Assembly: GCF_964213995.1 (NCBI RefSeq)
Contig: NW_027590138.1
Coordinates: 620,001 to 684,000 of the forward strand
DNA from: Mustelus asterias
Taxonomy: Eukaryota
Direction of reading: 5' to 3'
Length of the DNA stretch: 64,000 bases
Each line of letters begins with the position of its first letter. The first letter of the stretch is position 1. Shown here piece after piece: positions 49,259 through 62,540 of this stretch. The notes beneath the pieces are model-generated. The model searched no databases. It was not told where the DNA came from and was given only the letters and a program-made list of their open reading frames with translations. A program made the position numbers and the translations under genes.

Positions 49259-50799
49259 GTAAGTGCGAGTCCACCTTCATTTCCTCCCATTAGATACAGA
49301 TTTCTGCTGAATGGTGTCGGGTGAAAGGCCGGTAAAGAGCCAAGGCAGTGCTTGGAATGAAGGAGAAGCCATTGCACCAATCAATTAAGCTATTAGGCAC
49401 CGAGTATCGAGTTCAGCTCACTGTTCATTAAGCCGTGTCATCAACACCAGTTGAAACATTAGGCATCAGTGATGTGACATCGAACTGAAATTGGGTTACT
49501 AATAGGATAGAAAATGCCCATTTAGCAGGTTGAGTCAAATGCCCACTGATTTGAGTAATTATCTACATATATTTCATTTTCAAGCTTGTCTTTGTTAAAA
49601 CTAATAATCTTGCTAAAACTATACAAGGTACGATTTAGACCACATCTGGAACACTGTCCCCTTACATTAGGAAACCTATACTGGCATTGGAGGCAGTTCA
49701 GGGAAGGCCACTACTTTGATCCCAGGTATGGATATGTTTTTTCGGAGAGTTTGAGTATGTTGGGCCTCTACTTAGTGGAGTTTAGAAGCATGCGATGTGA
49801 CCTTATTGAGACTTATTGGATTCTCAGGGGACATGACAAGGTTAGATGCTGAGACGTTATTACCTCTTGTAGGACCAGAGGTCATAATCCCAAAGTATGA
49901 GGTTGCCCATTTATATGATGAAGATTTTCTTATTTCAAGCCAGCAGTGAATCTGTGGAATCATTTACCGCAGAGAGCTGTACAGGTTGAATGTTCAGATT
50001 TTTAACCCACAGGGCAATCGAGGGTTACGAGGATACAACGGGAAAGAGGTATTCAGAATTATCACATCAGCTAATTCATGATCTCATTGAATGACCGATG
50101 GGCCAAATGGCATCCTTCTGCCCCGTCGTCCTATGGTCTCCGGTCTTTGTTAAACTGCTGACACGAATGCATGCTTGAAATAAGGCTTCAAAGTGAAATG
50201 TTGGTCAACGATTATCAAGAACAGGTTGATGTTTTGAACCAGGTGTTATAGTTCAAATTAAAGGGTCACTCCTTTAAAGACAGATATGAGGAGACTTTTT
50301 TCTCTCTTAAAGAGTAGTGAGTCTCGTCATCTCTCTTCTTCAAACATCAAGGGGAACAGGGCCTTTGATTATTTTAAACACAGCTAGATAGATTCTTGAT
50401 TAACAAGGGATAAACGGTGATCGGGAGTAGGCAGGAATGTGGGGGTGAGGTTACAATCAGATCAGTCATGATCTTACTGAATAGCGGTTAGGCTGGAGTG
50501 GCCAGTGCCTTACTCCGACTCCCACTTTGCATGTTCGTATGTGTTGATGTCAAACTTTTTTCCCAGGATTTGTGTCTCCTGGGTGTTCAGGGAGAAGTAC
50601 CGGTGAAGATGGAAATTGTGAAACACAGTCAATTCATTATCCAAATATTGTTCCCTGATATAGTCAAAAAAACAGTGGGAGCTAAGTGTGAGGGAGAGGG
50701 AGGGAACGGTTATATTTGGTTCAGGAGAGAAGCTAATTAAAAGAAGTGACACGAAACAAACTGAATGTGAGCTAGTCCTGTGTTCATATGGCTGGGTCG

Positions 50800-50875
50800 A
50801 TATTTTGTTGTAGCTGTTACTACCGAACTGAGAAGCTTGTCTTTGGCAAAGGGACCAAACTCACTGTGGAGCCCA
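50800..50875 (+). pseudogene. TCR J segment J4, intact coding/donor but no valid heptamer
   Basis: TEKLVFGKGTKLTVEP + GTAAGT; ATATTTTGT-12-TACCGAA. Confidence 0.78.
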
Positions 50876-51510
50876 GTAAGTCCTCAACTATCTTCCATCA
50901 TGATCTGCTTACATTAGGATGACAATCAATATTTACAGTTCCAAACATATCACCAAGTCGTGTTTTTAAAAAAAATCAGTACACGCTTAAAGGGAGGAGA
51001 TGCAATATAATGGCCATTCATAACTTGGGGAGGTCTTGTGGTGCAATGGGCTAGAATCCCTACCTCTGAGCTAGAAACGCCGGGTCCGAGTCCCTACCCT
51101 TGGACTTGATGAACAAGAAAGGTGAGAAAGCAACGCTGCCAAAGATTGGGAGTGAGAGGGAGACTCCTGCTCAGCCACGCTTGATGTGTAGTATGGCTCT
51201 CTCAAGCTCTAAACCCTTCGCAAAAGCCGAGCGACGTGTTGCAGCAATAGCTATCACTGAAGGCAGAAGAATTCTGCCTAAATGCACCACTCGGTGCGGA
51301 GAGGCAACTTGGCTTTAAATTTGGCCTTGGATGTGCTTAGCTTTGTAGAATGTTATCAGATGTATTGTTCATCTCTTGGCGATAGATAATTTTTAAGGTT
51401 TACCATTCGCACATCATGGCAGTTGTTGAGGCTCCCACTGACATCAGTGAATATGCCAGTGTCCTTGCTGTGTATACTGGATGGAATCTGAATGAGCTGA
51501 TGCACTGGTA

Positions 51511-51603
51511 GCTTTCTGCTGGTAACTAGTCACGGTGCTCATTACTATGACGGTACTTATAAACTCGTCTTTGGCTACGGGAAACAACTGAATGTTGTGC
51601 CAA
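51511..51603 (+). pseudogene. TCR J segment J5, splice donor mutated
   Basis: GCTTTCTGC-11-CACGGTG; HYYDGTYKLVFGYGKQLNVVP; donor reads ATAAGT. Confidence 0.82.
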
Positions 51604-52204
51604 ATAAGTGCCAGGTGATTTCTCTTTACCCTTCGATGGATATTTCTGCAGAATCCATGTCTGGCGAATGGTGACAAAGAGGGGAAGTAACGCTTAAAAT
51701 TAAAAACAAGCTGTTAGATGGATTTATGTATCATTAGATAATTAATTAGAACGATAGAGATCCAGAGGATATAATCAGTAAATTCGTAGATGATACACAA
51801 ATTGGTGGTGTGGTAAATAGCGAGGAGGAAAGCCTTACATTACAGGTCGATATTGAAGGACTGGTCAAATGGGCAGAGCAGTGGAAAATTGAAATTTAAC
51901 TCTAAAAAGTGTAAGCTGATGTATTTTGGGAGGACTAACAGGGCCAGGGAATATACAGAAGTTAATTGAAACTGCATGGAAGGAAAGTTAAACTGCTAGC
52001 TATGTCTTGTACTTTTTGAAATAGAGTACAGCAAATAAAGCAAAAGGGTTAAATGGGGATGGATTTCAGGGAGAGGAATAGTTCTATTTTTGCTTTGGAG
52101 ATCACCTGGCATTACAATTTGAATCCCAATCTATGGTCAAATCACCAGGTCAAGCAGGTCAAAAACAACCTCTTGCAATACTGTCAGCACGGGAGTTACG
52201 GATT

Positions 52205-52838
52205 TGTGTAGCATCTTCCATGATTGGCCAGAACATTGAATACAGGAGTTGGGACGTTTTGTTGAAGTTGTACAAGACATTGGTAAGGCCACATTTGGAA
52301 TACTGTGTACAATTCTGGTCACCCGATTATAGAAAGTATATTATTAAACTAGAAAGAGTGCAGAAAAGATTTACGAGGATGCGACCGGGACTTGATGGTT
52401 TGAGGCTGGATAGACTGGGACTTTTTTATCTGGAGTGTAGAAGATTGAGGTGTGATCTTTAGCGGTTAATAAAATAATGAGGGGTATAGATCAGCTCGAT
52501 AGTCAGTTTCTTTCCCCAAAGGTAGGGACGTCTAAAACTAGAGGGCATAGGTTTATGGTGAGAGGGGCGAGATACAAATGTGTCCAGAGCGGCAATTATT
52601 TCACGCAGAGGGTGGTGAATGTCTGGAACAAGCTGCCAGAGGTAGTAGTAGAGGCGGGTACAATTTTGTCTTTTAGAAAGCATTTAGACAGTTATATTGG
52701 TAAGATGGGTACAGAGGAATATGGGCCAAATGCAGGCAATTGGGATTAGCTTAGGGGTTTAAAAAAAGGCTTCATAGACAAGTTAGGCCGAAGGGCCTGT
52801 TTCCATGCTGTAAACCTCTATGAATCTCTGACTCTATG
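52205..52838 (+). mobile_element. CR1-type LINE 3' fragment
   Basis: LVRPHLEYCVQFWSP and RVVNVWNKLPEVVVEA motifs. Confidence 0.85.
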
Positions 52839-52844
52839 ATTGTA

Positions 52845-52904
52845 TCATCCCCACATCTGAAAGGCCGATCCTTGGTACTTGAACAAAACTCACTGTGGAA
52901 CCTC
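52845..52904 (+). pseudogene. Relic J segment J6
   Basis: TSERPILGT*TKLTVEP; donor GCATGC; RSS position occupied by the CR1 tail. Confidence 0.65.
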
Positions 52905-53174
52905 GCATGCATCCTCACAAAGTGCAATGGTCTCACCCAGCATTTACAGAAAATCTGAACCATATTTGCTGAGATTGTAAAGTGGATAGAAATATATGAC
53001 ATATGGAGCTAACAGGCAAGGAGTGGGAATTAAATGTAAATTGGTGGATGGGGCGAACATATTTATTTCAGGATATAACCTGCCCTGGCTATTGAAGTCA
53101 GCAGAATCTGAAATTGAACTCAAAACTCAAACTCAGGATAAATAAAATATAAATGAATCTTATATTTCTGCTCA

Positions 53175-53271
53175 GGTGTTTGTACTTTTTGCCGCATTAT
53201 GTACACATGTACTAGCACCAGAACTTTGAATCTTATCTTTGGCAGAGGAAACAAATTCACTGCGCAATCCA
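53175..53271 (+). pseudogene. Pseudo-J segment J7
   Basis: STRTLNLIFGRGNKFTAQS; degenerate RSS GGTGTTTGT-11-CATTATG; donor ATAAGT. Confidence 0.72.
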
Positions 53272-53798
53272 ATAAGTGGTTTTAAATTTTCAGTTTGGAC
53301 CTGGTTAGAGTATGAGTAACTGAAGTTACCTCGTTTTTTTGTTGCGTAGGAAATGGGCATTGCTGGCTAGGCCAGCACTTACATAGCCTGTCCCTCAATG
53401 TGGAAGGCAGTGGTGAGCTGCCTTCTTGAACCTGCTGCACTCGTCCATGTGTTGTGTGTATCATTCCATTCCTGCCTACAAAACATTTCCATTCTGTACA
53501 GAGATTGTGGGGAGTGTGGTGGCCAATGGCTACTTGAAGTTAGCAAGTGCATTAAGTTTCTGACCATTCTTTCCCTCAAAGTTCCTTTTTGCACGATGCA
53601 AGTAAATAATTTATTGACCTATTACGTTCAAATGGGTGGGAAGTGAGGGGGGAGACATTTATATTTTTCGCTGGATATAACCTGCCCTGGCTATTGAAGT
53701 CAGCAAAATCTGAAATTGAATTCAAACTCAAACTTAGGAGACATATAATATAAATAAATCATTCTTCTGCTCATGTGGTTGGGTTTCGTTTTTTGTCC

Positions 53799-53875
53799 CA
53801 TTGTGTACAGATGTGCTGGCACCAGAACTTTGTAACTTGTCTTTGGCAGAGGCAACAGATTCACTTTGCGACCCA
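53799..53875 (+). pseudogene. Pseudo-J segment J8 (duplicate of J7)
   Basis: CATTGTG heptamer; GTRTL*LVFGRGNRFTLRP; donor ATAAG; flanks similar to J7. Confidence 0.72.
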
Positions 53876-54048
53876 ATAAGACATTTGAAAACGTCAGTTT
53901 GGATCTGGTTGGAACATAAGTAATTGACCTTTCCTTAAAGGTTCTCAAGGGCTCACCCTCATGTGAACTTTGTATATTCCCCTACCTCCGAATTAATGAG
54001 TATGCTTCATCATTACTAAAGGACATCTGCAACTTCACTCCAATGGAA

Positions 54049-54126
54049 GGTCTATGTCTGTGCCCTTTATACTATACATTATGACTATACTGTGAAGCTG
54101 CGGCACCCAGTTGACAGTTGTGCCAA
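54049..54126 (+). pseudogene. Pseudo-J segment J9 (FG motif deleted)
   Basis: GTQLTVVP + GTGAGT; aligns to J10 with an internal deletion; degenerate RSS. Confidence 0.68.
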
Positions 54127-54276
54127 GTGAGTACGATTGGAAGTTACTCTCATTCTGTTTCATGTCGATTATTTTTTCGCTATATTGTGTCTGACAAATA
54201 GCAACCAGGGCAACGATACAAAGTATTACATGAAATACAAGTGAAGGCATTCTGTCCGTAAAATGAACTTCAGAAA

Positions 54277-57212
54277 GATAGAACATGGAACATTACATCG
54301 CAGTACAGGCCCTTCGGCCTTCGATGTTGCGCCGACCAGTGAAACCAATCTAAAGCCCATCTATCCTCCACTATTCCAAAATCATCCATATGTTTATCCA
54401 ATGACCATTTAAATGCCCTTAATGTTGGCGAGTCCACTACTGCTGCAGGCAGGGCATTCCATGCCCTCACTAATCTCTGAGTGAAGAACCTACCTCTGAC
54501 ATCTGTCCTAAATCTATCACCCCTCAATTTAAAGCTATGTGCCCTCGTGCTAGCTATCACCATCCGAGGAAAAAGGCTCTCACTATCCACCCTATCTAAT
54601 CCTCTGATCATTTTGTATGCCTCTATTAAGTCACCTCTTAACCTTCTTCTCTCTAACGAATACAACCTCAAGTCCCTCAGCCTTTCCTCATAAGACCTTC
54701 CCACCATACCAGGCAACATCCTAGTAAATCTCCTCTGCACCCTTTCCAATGCTTCCACATCCCTCCTACAATGCGGCGACCAGAACTGTACGCAATACTC
54801 CAAGTGCGGACGCACCAGAGTTTTGTACAGCTGCAACATGACCTCCTGGCTACGAAACTCAATCCCTCTACCAATAAAAGCGAACACTCTGTACACCTAC
54901 TTAACAACCCTATCAACCTGGGTGCCAACTTTCAGGGATCTATGCACATGCACACCGAGATTTCTCTGCTCATCCACACTACCAAGTATTTACCATTAGC
55001 CCAGTACTCTGTAATCCTGTTACTCCTTCCAAAGTGAATCACCTCACACTTTTCCGCATTGACCTCCATTTGCCACCTCTCAGCCCAGCACTGCAGCTTA
55101 TCTATGTCCCTCTGTAACCTGCAACAACCTTCTGCACTGTCCACAACTCCACTGACTTTAGTGTCATCCGCAAATTTACTAACCCATCCTTCTTCGCCCT
55201 CATCCAGGTCATTTATAAAAATGACAAACAGCAGTGGCCCCAAAACAGACCCTTGCGGTACACCACTAGTAACTGAACTCCAGGATAAACATTTCCCATC
55301 AACGACCACCCTCTGTCTTCTTACAACTCGCCAATTCCTGATCCAAACTGCTAAATCACCCTCAAATCTTCTGCAATAGCTTACAGTGGGGAAACTTATC
55401 AAACGCTTTACTGAAATCCATATACACCACATCAATTGCTTAACCCTCATCCACCTCTTTGGTCACCTTCTCAAAGAACTCAGCAAGGTTTGTGAGGCAC
55501 GACCTACCCTTCATAAAACCGTGTTGACTATCCCTAATCAAATTATTCCTTTCTAGATTATTATAAATCCTATCTCTTATAATCCTTTCCAAAACTTTGC
55601 CCACAACAGAAGTAAGGCTCACTGGTCTATAATTACCAGGGTTGCCTCTACTCCCCTTCTTGTTGTGGTGTATATGGATTTCAGCAAAGCGTTTGATAAG
55701 GTTCCCCGTAGTAAGCTTTTGCAGAAAATACGGACACATGGGATTGAGGGTGATTGAGTGGTTTGGATCAGGAATTGGCTAGCTGTAAGAAAACAGAGGG
55801 TGGTGGTTGATGGGAAATATTCATCCTGGAGTTCAGTTACTAGTGGTGTACCGCAAGGATCTGTTTTGGGGCCACTGCTGTTTGTCATTTTTATTAATGA
55901 CTTGGGTGAGGGCGTGGAAGGATGGATTAGTAAATTTGCGGATGACACTAAAGTCGGTGGAGTTGTAGACAGTGCGGAGGGAAGTGACAGGTGACAGAGG
56001 GATATAGATAAGCTGCAGAGCTGGGCTGAGAGGTGGCAAATGGAGTTTAATGCGGAAAAGTGTGAGGTGATTCACTTTGGAAGGAGTAACAGGAATACAG
56101 AGTACTGGGCTAATGGTAAGATACTTGGTAGTGTGGATGAACAGAGGGATCTGGGTGTCCATGTGCATAGATCCCTGAAAGTTGGCACCCAGGTTGATAG
56201 GGTTGTTAAGAAGGCGTATGGTGTGTTAGCTTTTATTGGTAGAGGGATTGAGTTTCTGAGCCAGGAGCTCATGCTGCAACTGTACAAAACTCTGGTGCGG
56301 CCGCATTTGGAGTATTGCGTACAGTTCTGGTCGCCATATTATAGGAAAGATGTGGAAGTGTTGGAAAGGGTGCAGAGGAGATTTACCAGGATGTTGCCTG
56401 GTATGGTGGGAAAATCGTATGAGGAAAGGCTGAGGGGCTTGAGGTTGTTTTCGTTAGAGAGAAGAAGGTTAAGAGGTGACTTAATAGAGGCATGCAAGAT
56501 GATCAGAGGATTAGATAGGGTGGATAGTGAGAGCCTTTTTCTTCGGATGGTGTTGGCTAGCACGAGGGGACATAGCTTTAAATTGAGGGGTGAGAGATAT
56601 AGGACAGATGTTAGAGGTAGGTTCTTTACTCAGAGAGTAGTAAGGGCGTGGAATGCCCTGCCTGCAGCAGTGGTGGACTCGTCAACGTTGAGAGCGTTCA
56701 AGTGGTTAGTGGATAAACATATGGATGATATTGGAATAGTGTAGATTAGAGGGGCTTTAGATTGGTACCACTGGTCGGCGCAACATCGAGGGCCGAAGGG
56801 CCTGTACTGCACTGTAATGTTCTATGTTCTATATTCTTGAACAAGGGGACAACATTCGCTATCCTCCAGTCTTCTGGCACTATTCCTGTAGTCAATGACG
56901 ACATAAAGGTCAAAGCCAAAGGCTCTGCAATCTCCTCCCTAGCCTCCCAGAGAATCCTGGGATAAATCCTATCCGGCCCAGGGGACTTATCTATTTTCAC
57001 ACTGCCCAGAATTGCTAACGCCTCCTCCTTATTAACCTCAATCCCGTCTAGTCCAATAGCCTGTATCTCAGTATTCTCCTCGACAACATTGTCTTTTTCC
57101 TGCGTGAATACTGACGAAAAATATTCATTTAGCGCCTCTCCTATCTCTTCAGGCTCCACGCACAACTTCCCATTACTGTCCTTGACTGGCCCTAATCTTA
57201 CCCTTGTCATTC
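54277..57212 (-). mobile_element. CR1-type LINE (-) with a same-family (+) copy nested at ~55663-56833
   Basis: Minus-strand RT frame breaks at 55662 and resumes at 56834; TTCTTG at 55657-55662 and 56834-56839 as target duplication. Confidence 0.85.
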
Positions 57213-57579
57213 CCTAGTCATTACCCTCGATAGATGGATAGCGAGCTCAGATCTCAATGCTTAGTTAGACATGCCGCAGGTGGCAGACCAATCTCTGGGC
57301 CTCAGCAATGTGACAGACATGGATGTGCGACTCACTGGGTGACCTTGCATCCTGGTGAAGTTATGTAACTGGAGGGAAGCGATGTCCTGCTCGTATTACC
57401 GCAAAATTATTAACTCCGAAACTCAGCGAATATGCGAGGGACCTGGGTTCGAATCCCGTCATGGCAGATAGTGGAATTTGAATTCAATAATCTGGAATTA
57501 AGAATCTACTGGTGACCAGGAAAACCATTGTCGATTGTCGGAAAAACCCATCTCGTTCATTAATTTCCTCTCGGGAAGG

Positions 57580-58860
57580 AAACATAGGAACATTGAAAAT
57601 GGGAGCAGGAAGGGGCGTTTGGCCTTTCAAGCATGATCTGCCATTTATTATGATCATGGTTGATCATCCACTCAATAGCCTAATCCTGCTTTCTCCCCAT
57701 TAACCTTTGATCCCATTCGCTTCAAGTGCTATATCCAGCCGCTTCTTGAATACATTCAATCTTTTGGCAACAACTACTTCCTGTGGTAATAAATTTCACA
57801 GGCTCACCACTCTTTGGGTTAAGAAATGTCTCCTCACCTCCGTCCTAAATGGTCTACCCGGAATCCTCAGACCCCTGGTTCTGGACTCCCGCACCATCGG
57901 GAATATCCTCTCTTCATCTACTATGCCTTGTCCTGTTCGAATTTTATAAGTCTCTATGAGATCCATTGTCATCCCTTTAAGTAAGTCTCCCTAATCTATG
58001 AAGGCCAAATCACGCCTCATATCTTCATAGTCTCCTTGATTAAGATTCAGCACAGTAGTCTCCGAGTCAACTACTTCACTCTCCACCTTGATAAAAAATT
58101 CTCTCATGTTTTGTTCACTCATCCCCAAGGGGTCTTGCACAGCTCGATTGGCAATTATTACCTTCTCACGACACAGTACCCAGTCTAAGGTGACCTGCTC
58201 CCTCGTTGGTTCCTTCACATATTGGTCAGGGAAACTATCCCGTATCCGGTCCAGGAAATCCTTCTCTACAGCATTGTGGCTAATTTGATTTACTCAATCA
58301 ACGTGCGGATTAAAATCACCCTTGATCACATGTATTTCTAATTTCGTGTTTAATGCTATTTCCAACATCACCACTGCAGTTTCGCGGTCTGTATATGACA
58401 CCCACTGATGTTTTCTGCCCCTTGGTATCTCTCAACTCTACCCATATAGACTCCACATTATCAGAGCTAATATCGGTTCTCACCAGTTTGTTAATTTCCT
58501 CTTTAACCAGCAGTGCCGCTCCACCACCTTTTCCTTTATGCCTGTCCTTCCTAAATACTGAATACCCTGGGACATTCAGTTCCCATTCTTGGGAACCCTG
58601 CAGCCGTGTCTCCATAATTCCAATTATAGCATGCCCATTTATATCTATCTGCAAGATTAGTTCATCCACTCTATTGCCAATGCTCCGCGCATTAAGGCAC
58701 AGAGCCTTTCAGCTTGTCTTTTTAACATTAATTGTCTCGTTTTTGAATTTTGTCCTTGGTTTCTCTGTATATCATTTTTCGTATTCCCTTTTCCACCTCT
58801 TGATTTTATCCTTGTTCCCTCCTTCTCTGACTCCTTACATAATTTCCCAACCACCTGGCA
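57580..58860 (-). mobile_element. Degenerate CR1-type LINE fragments
   Basis: GVIYRP and EPTREQVTLD endonuclease-region motifs; CR1 tail. Confidence 0.75.
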
Positions 58861-59818
58861 TATTAGTTTCATTGGGTGACCTTGCAGTATTGTGAGGTGG
58901 TGAAACTGGGGGTAGACGATAGCCTAGTGGCGTTATCGCTAGATTATTAATCCAGGAAATCAACTAGTGTTCTGGGGACCCTGTATTCAAATCCCGCCAC
59001 GGCAGATGGTGGAATTTGAATTCAATAATCTGGAATTAAGAATCTACTGTTGACGATGCAAACCACTGTTGGAAAAACCCATCTCGTTGAGTAATGTCCT
59101 TTAGAGAAAGAAATCTGCCATTCTTATTAGATCTGGCCAACATGTGCAATTTGATTGACACTCAAGGGCAATTGGGAATGGATAATAAACTCTGGCCAGC
59201 CAACGGTGCCCATGTCCCACGAATGGACAAAAAATATCTCTCTTTTGGAAAATGAGCTCGAGTAACTGTTGATTCAAGTAAACATAAACGCATCTTTCAG
59301 ACTCAACATGTCTGTTTACCTCTTCGAAATATAACAGGATTATGACAATAAGAACAGATAATGCTGGGAAAAACCACAGCAGATCAGGCAGCATCTGTAA
59401 GGAGAGAAAGCTTAGCTAACAAATTAAAGACTATCCGTTGAATTGTATTTCTTTTCTGCCAGGTTTTGAGGCGTCACTGGCAAAGCCATGTTGCAAATTT
59501 CTGTTAAGCCATTTCAGAGATTGGCAGTGCAGGCAGAACCTTGTTCCTATGTTACCTAACAAAGTTTCAGAGGCAAAATATACTTCTTGCAGGGGGAGGA
59601 CGTGGGTGGCTATATTTGACCAGTGGCTGCCTTGGCTCAGAAATTCTTCACGTTGATAGAATCTTAGAGAATCCAAGGAGGCTATTCGGCCCATTTAGCC
59701 TGTGATGGTGGGGAGGGGGAAGATATGCAATATCTGTTTCCTGCAGCGAATCAGTGACTGTTCCAGCTTTGTCTTTGCCGTGAATTGTCTGAAATCTGAA
59801 ACAGCTATCTCAATAGAA

Positions 59819-59896
59819 GGTTTCTGTCTGAGAAATTGTTACTGTGCTAAGTTAAGCTAACGTTCGGCAGCGGCACCCAGGTGACAGTTGTACCAA
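59819..59896 (+). CDS. TCR J segment J10 (coding 59847-59896), 5' in-frame stop
   Basis: GGTTTCTGT-12-TACTGTG; *VKLTFGSGTQVTVVP; GTGAGT donor. Confidence 0.85.
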
Positions 59897-60655
59897 GTGA
59901 GTGTGAAGTCAGTGTGTTTCTATTCTTTCACTCCACATCTCCTCTGTGATCTAGTTTTCTGTTGTAAGTAGTCTAGTCAAGTTGGGCAGAGTGCCAATAT
60001 AATATGTGGCATGCAGGCGAAGAGATTGCACAGTTTTGAGTCAGTTTTGATCTAGCTCAGCCTACCCAGTCATTGAGGTACATGGGACAGGAGTTGGGAC
60101 TGCACGCCTCAGTAATATGGTATTGAACTGAGAAGCAGATTTGTGTACTGTGAACGGGATAGGAAGATTCCACCCAGAGTGTTGATCAAAAAGAAAGAGG
60201 GGAGACGAATAAGCACCATTGTTCTGTTTAAACCTTTGTAATTGTGAATTACACAGGCTTTTCATTTTGTTGTTGAAAAATAAATTCTCCTCATATCAGT
60301 CCCATATTCTTTGACTATGAACCCCGGTTCTGGACCCTGCTGCCATCCTGCATTTCTCGTGTCGAATCCTGCATTATGGGTTTTAATGAGATCTTCTGCT
60401 CCTGCCTCCCTTCTTCTGAACCACAGACAATAAAATCCTAACCTACTCAATCTCTCCTCATATGTCAGTCCTGCCACTCCAGAATCTGTCCGGTGAACCT
60501 TCGGTGCACTCCCTCTTTAGCCAGAACATCTTTTCTTGGATATTGTTTTGCATTTATTTCTGGACGAAATAATGAACCAGCTGTGGAAGCAAATCGAATC
60601 TCAAAAACCTTAGCATGAAAAGCAATCCTTACATTGCTATTCATGTGGGTTATGT

Positions 60656-60743
60656 CGATTTTGTACCATCTGGAATCACTGTGCAAACTATGCAACCAGA
60701 AAGCTTACCTTTGGCAGTGGAACCAAACTCACTGTAGAACCCA
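60656..60743 (+). CDS. TCR J segment J11 (coding 60684-60743)
   Basis: CGATTTTGT-12-CACTGTG; NYATRKLTFGSGTKLTVEP; GTAAGT donor. Confidence 0.92.
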
Positions 60744-62449
60744 GTAAGTGAAACTATTCTCTGCATTTTGTGTCTGGTTATAGTTTACGAAAGGAATGTC
60801 CGATTCTCATACACCTGTAAAGAATCTTTATCCTGTAATTGCTGCTGTTGAGTTGATTAGGAGGAGCAGGAGGCGAGAGGGTGGAGTGAAAAATTAAAAC
60901 GTCCTCTGACAACTCTGTGTTAGAATTTACAAACAGCAAATTATTAGACTCCTGCAACGATGGAGGAGACCATTAAGCCCATCGCTCTTGCTTTGGGGAC
61001 AGTAGAATCATCGTCATTGAATTTTACAGAACAGGAAGAGGTCCTGCGGCCCATTGTGCCTGCTCCAGCCATTATAACCATATCTATTCCAGTCGCATTT
61101 TTCAGCACTTGGTTGTAGCCTTGAATGCTACAGCATAAATGATCTTTGGACTTGCATGCCAAGGTCCCTCTGGTCCTCTGCACTTTCTCGCGTCCTGCAG
61201 TTCATGGCGTATTCCCATGCCTTCAAAATGCATCACCTCACACTTTTCAGGTTTAAATTCCGTTTGGCACTGCTCTACCTGTCTGACCATCTCACCCATA
61301 TCGTCCTGTAATCTTTGCAAGTCAGTGACACTTAACCTCACACGAAAAACATGTGTGCATCCTTGGCTTGACTTTGTGTGAAATTTGTATACAGCGCTCC
61401 CGAAATAATGCAAATTAAATGTCTTTCTTCTGTCCTCTGTGAGGTAAATATGACTCAGCTGCTGCAATGCGAAGTTTCTGTCTTGGAAATTTTTCCTGCA
61501 TATTTATTAATCACAGTGAGACACCCACATTCAGCAGTGAAATATGTGACCAGTAAGGATAAGCTTACTTAATGTCATTATCTGTGATAGACAGGGAGCC
61601 AGCATCATGTGGGAAGGTAATTGAGGACATTGCACTGATATAATGAATTTGCGCAGCTGAATATCCACCTCAGCTCGTCCTAAATTGCAGTGTCCAGTCT
61701 TTGTAGCTCCAGTCCTTAGTAATGTCATATTGGACTAAAAAAATCATAATTTTACTTTTACTTCTTGGATGTGGGCATTAAATCAAAACAAATCAAATCA
61801 AATCCGAATTGCCCTCTGGGCAATTTCAGGTTCCATGACATTGCTTCTTGGATCCAAACCACTGGACGACATATTTCCTTCTCCAAAGGACATTGTTGAT
61901 CTAAATGGGCATTTACAACCCATGGCAGAAGTCCTGTTTTCATTCGCAAACTTGGCAATAATAAATTCACTTCCCTCGTCCAAGTCATTATGTATATTGT
62001 AAATAATTGTGGCCCGAGCATTGATCGCTGAGGCACTCCACTTGTAACAGATTGTCACCCTGAAAATGCTCCTCTTATCCCAACTCTCTGTATCCTATCG
62101 ATTGGCGAATCCTCTTTCCATGCGAATATATTACCCCAAACGCATAAACTCTGAATTAGCCCTCTGGCCGAGATCTTATTCAAAGCTTTTTTCTGCAAAG
62201 ATAAGATGCCAACCATTGAACGGCAATGTTTTTTTACGGCAATCGTCGATAGTTGCCGGAGTTTTTACTGGAGGCTACACTTCGATCAATTTATTTGAAA
62301 TTACTCCGAGTGCTGGGGTGGGAATTGAACCCATTCCTTCAGAGAAATTAGCCCGGGGTTCTGCACTACTAATCCAATGACATTGCCATTTCGCTGCAAC
62401 CATCCCACAATGTTGCATGAAGAATGTTTAGTGATAGTTTCAATCAAAA

Positions 62450-62540
62450 GTTTGTTACAGAGTCAGATATCACTGTGATTAATTTCGTCTTGTGAGTTTT
62501 ATGAAAGAATTAATATTCAGCGCTATCACCCAGCACTTTC
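62450..62540 (+). pseudogene. Possible relic J segment J12
   Basis: GTTTGTTAC-12-CACTGTG, then KELIFSAITQH resembling LIFGxGTQL; no donor found. Confidence 0.45.

Noticed and set aside
57335-59100. Duplicated J-bearing unit (57335-57560 versus 58870-59100)
   Set aside because: The shared sequence is a SINE-like repeat also seen near 38830 and 43830; no J motif or RSS in it
61440-61560. TCR delta enhancer (TGACTCA, CAGCTG motifs)
   Set aside because: Short motifs alone are expected by chance; no supporting evidence in the window
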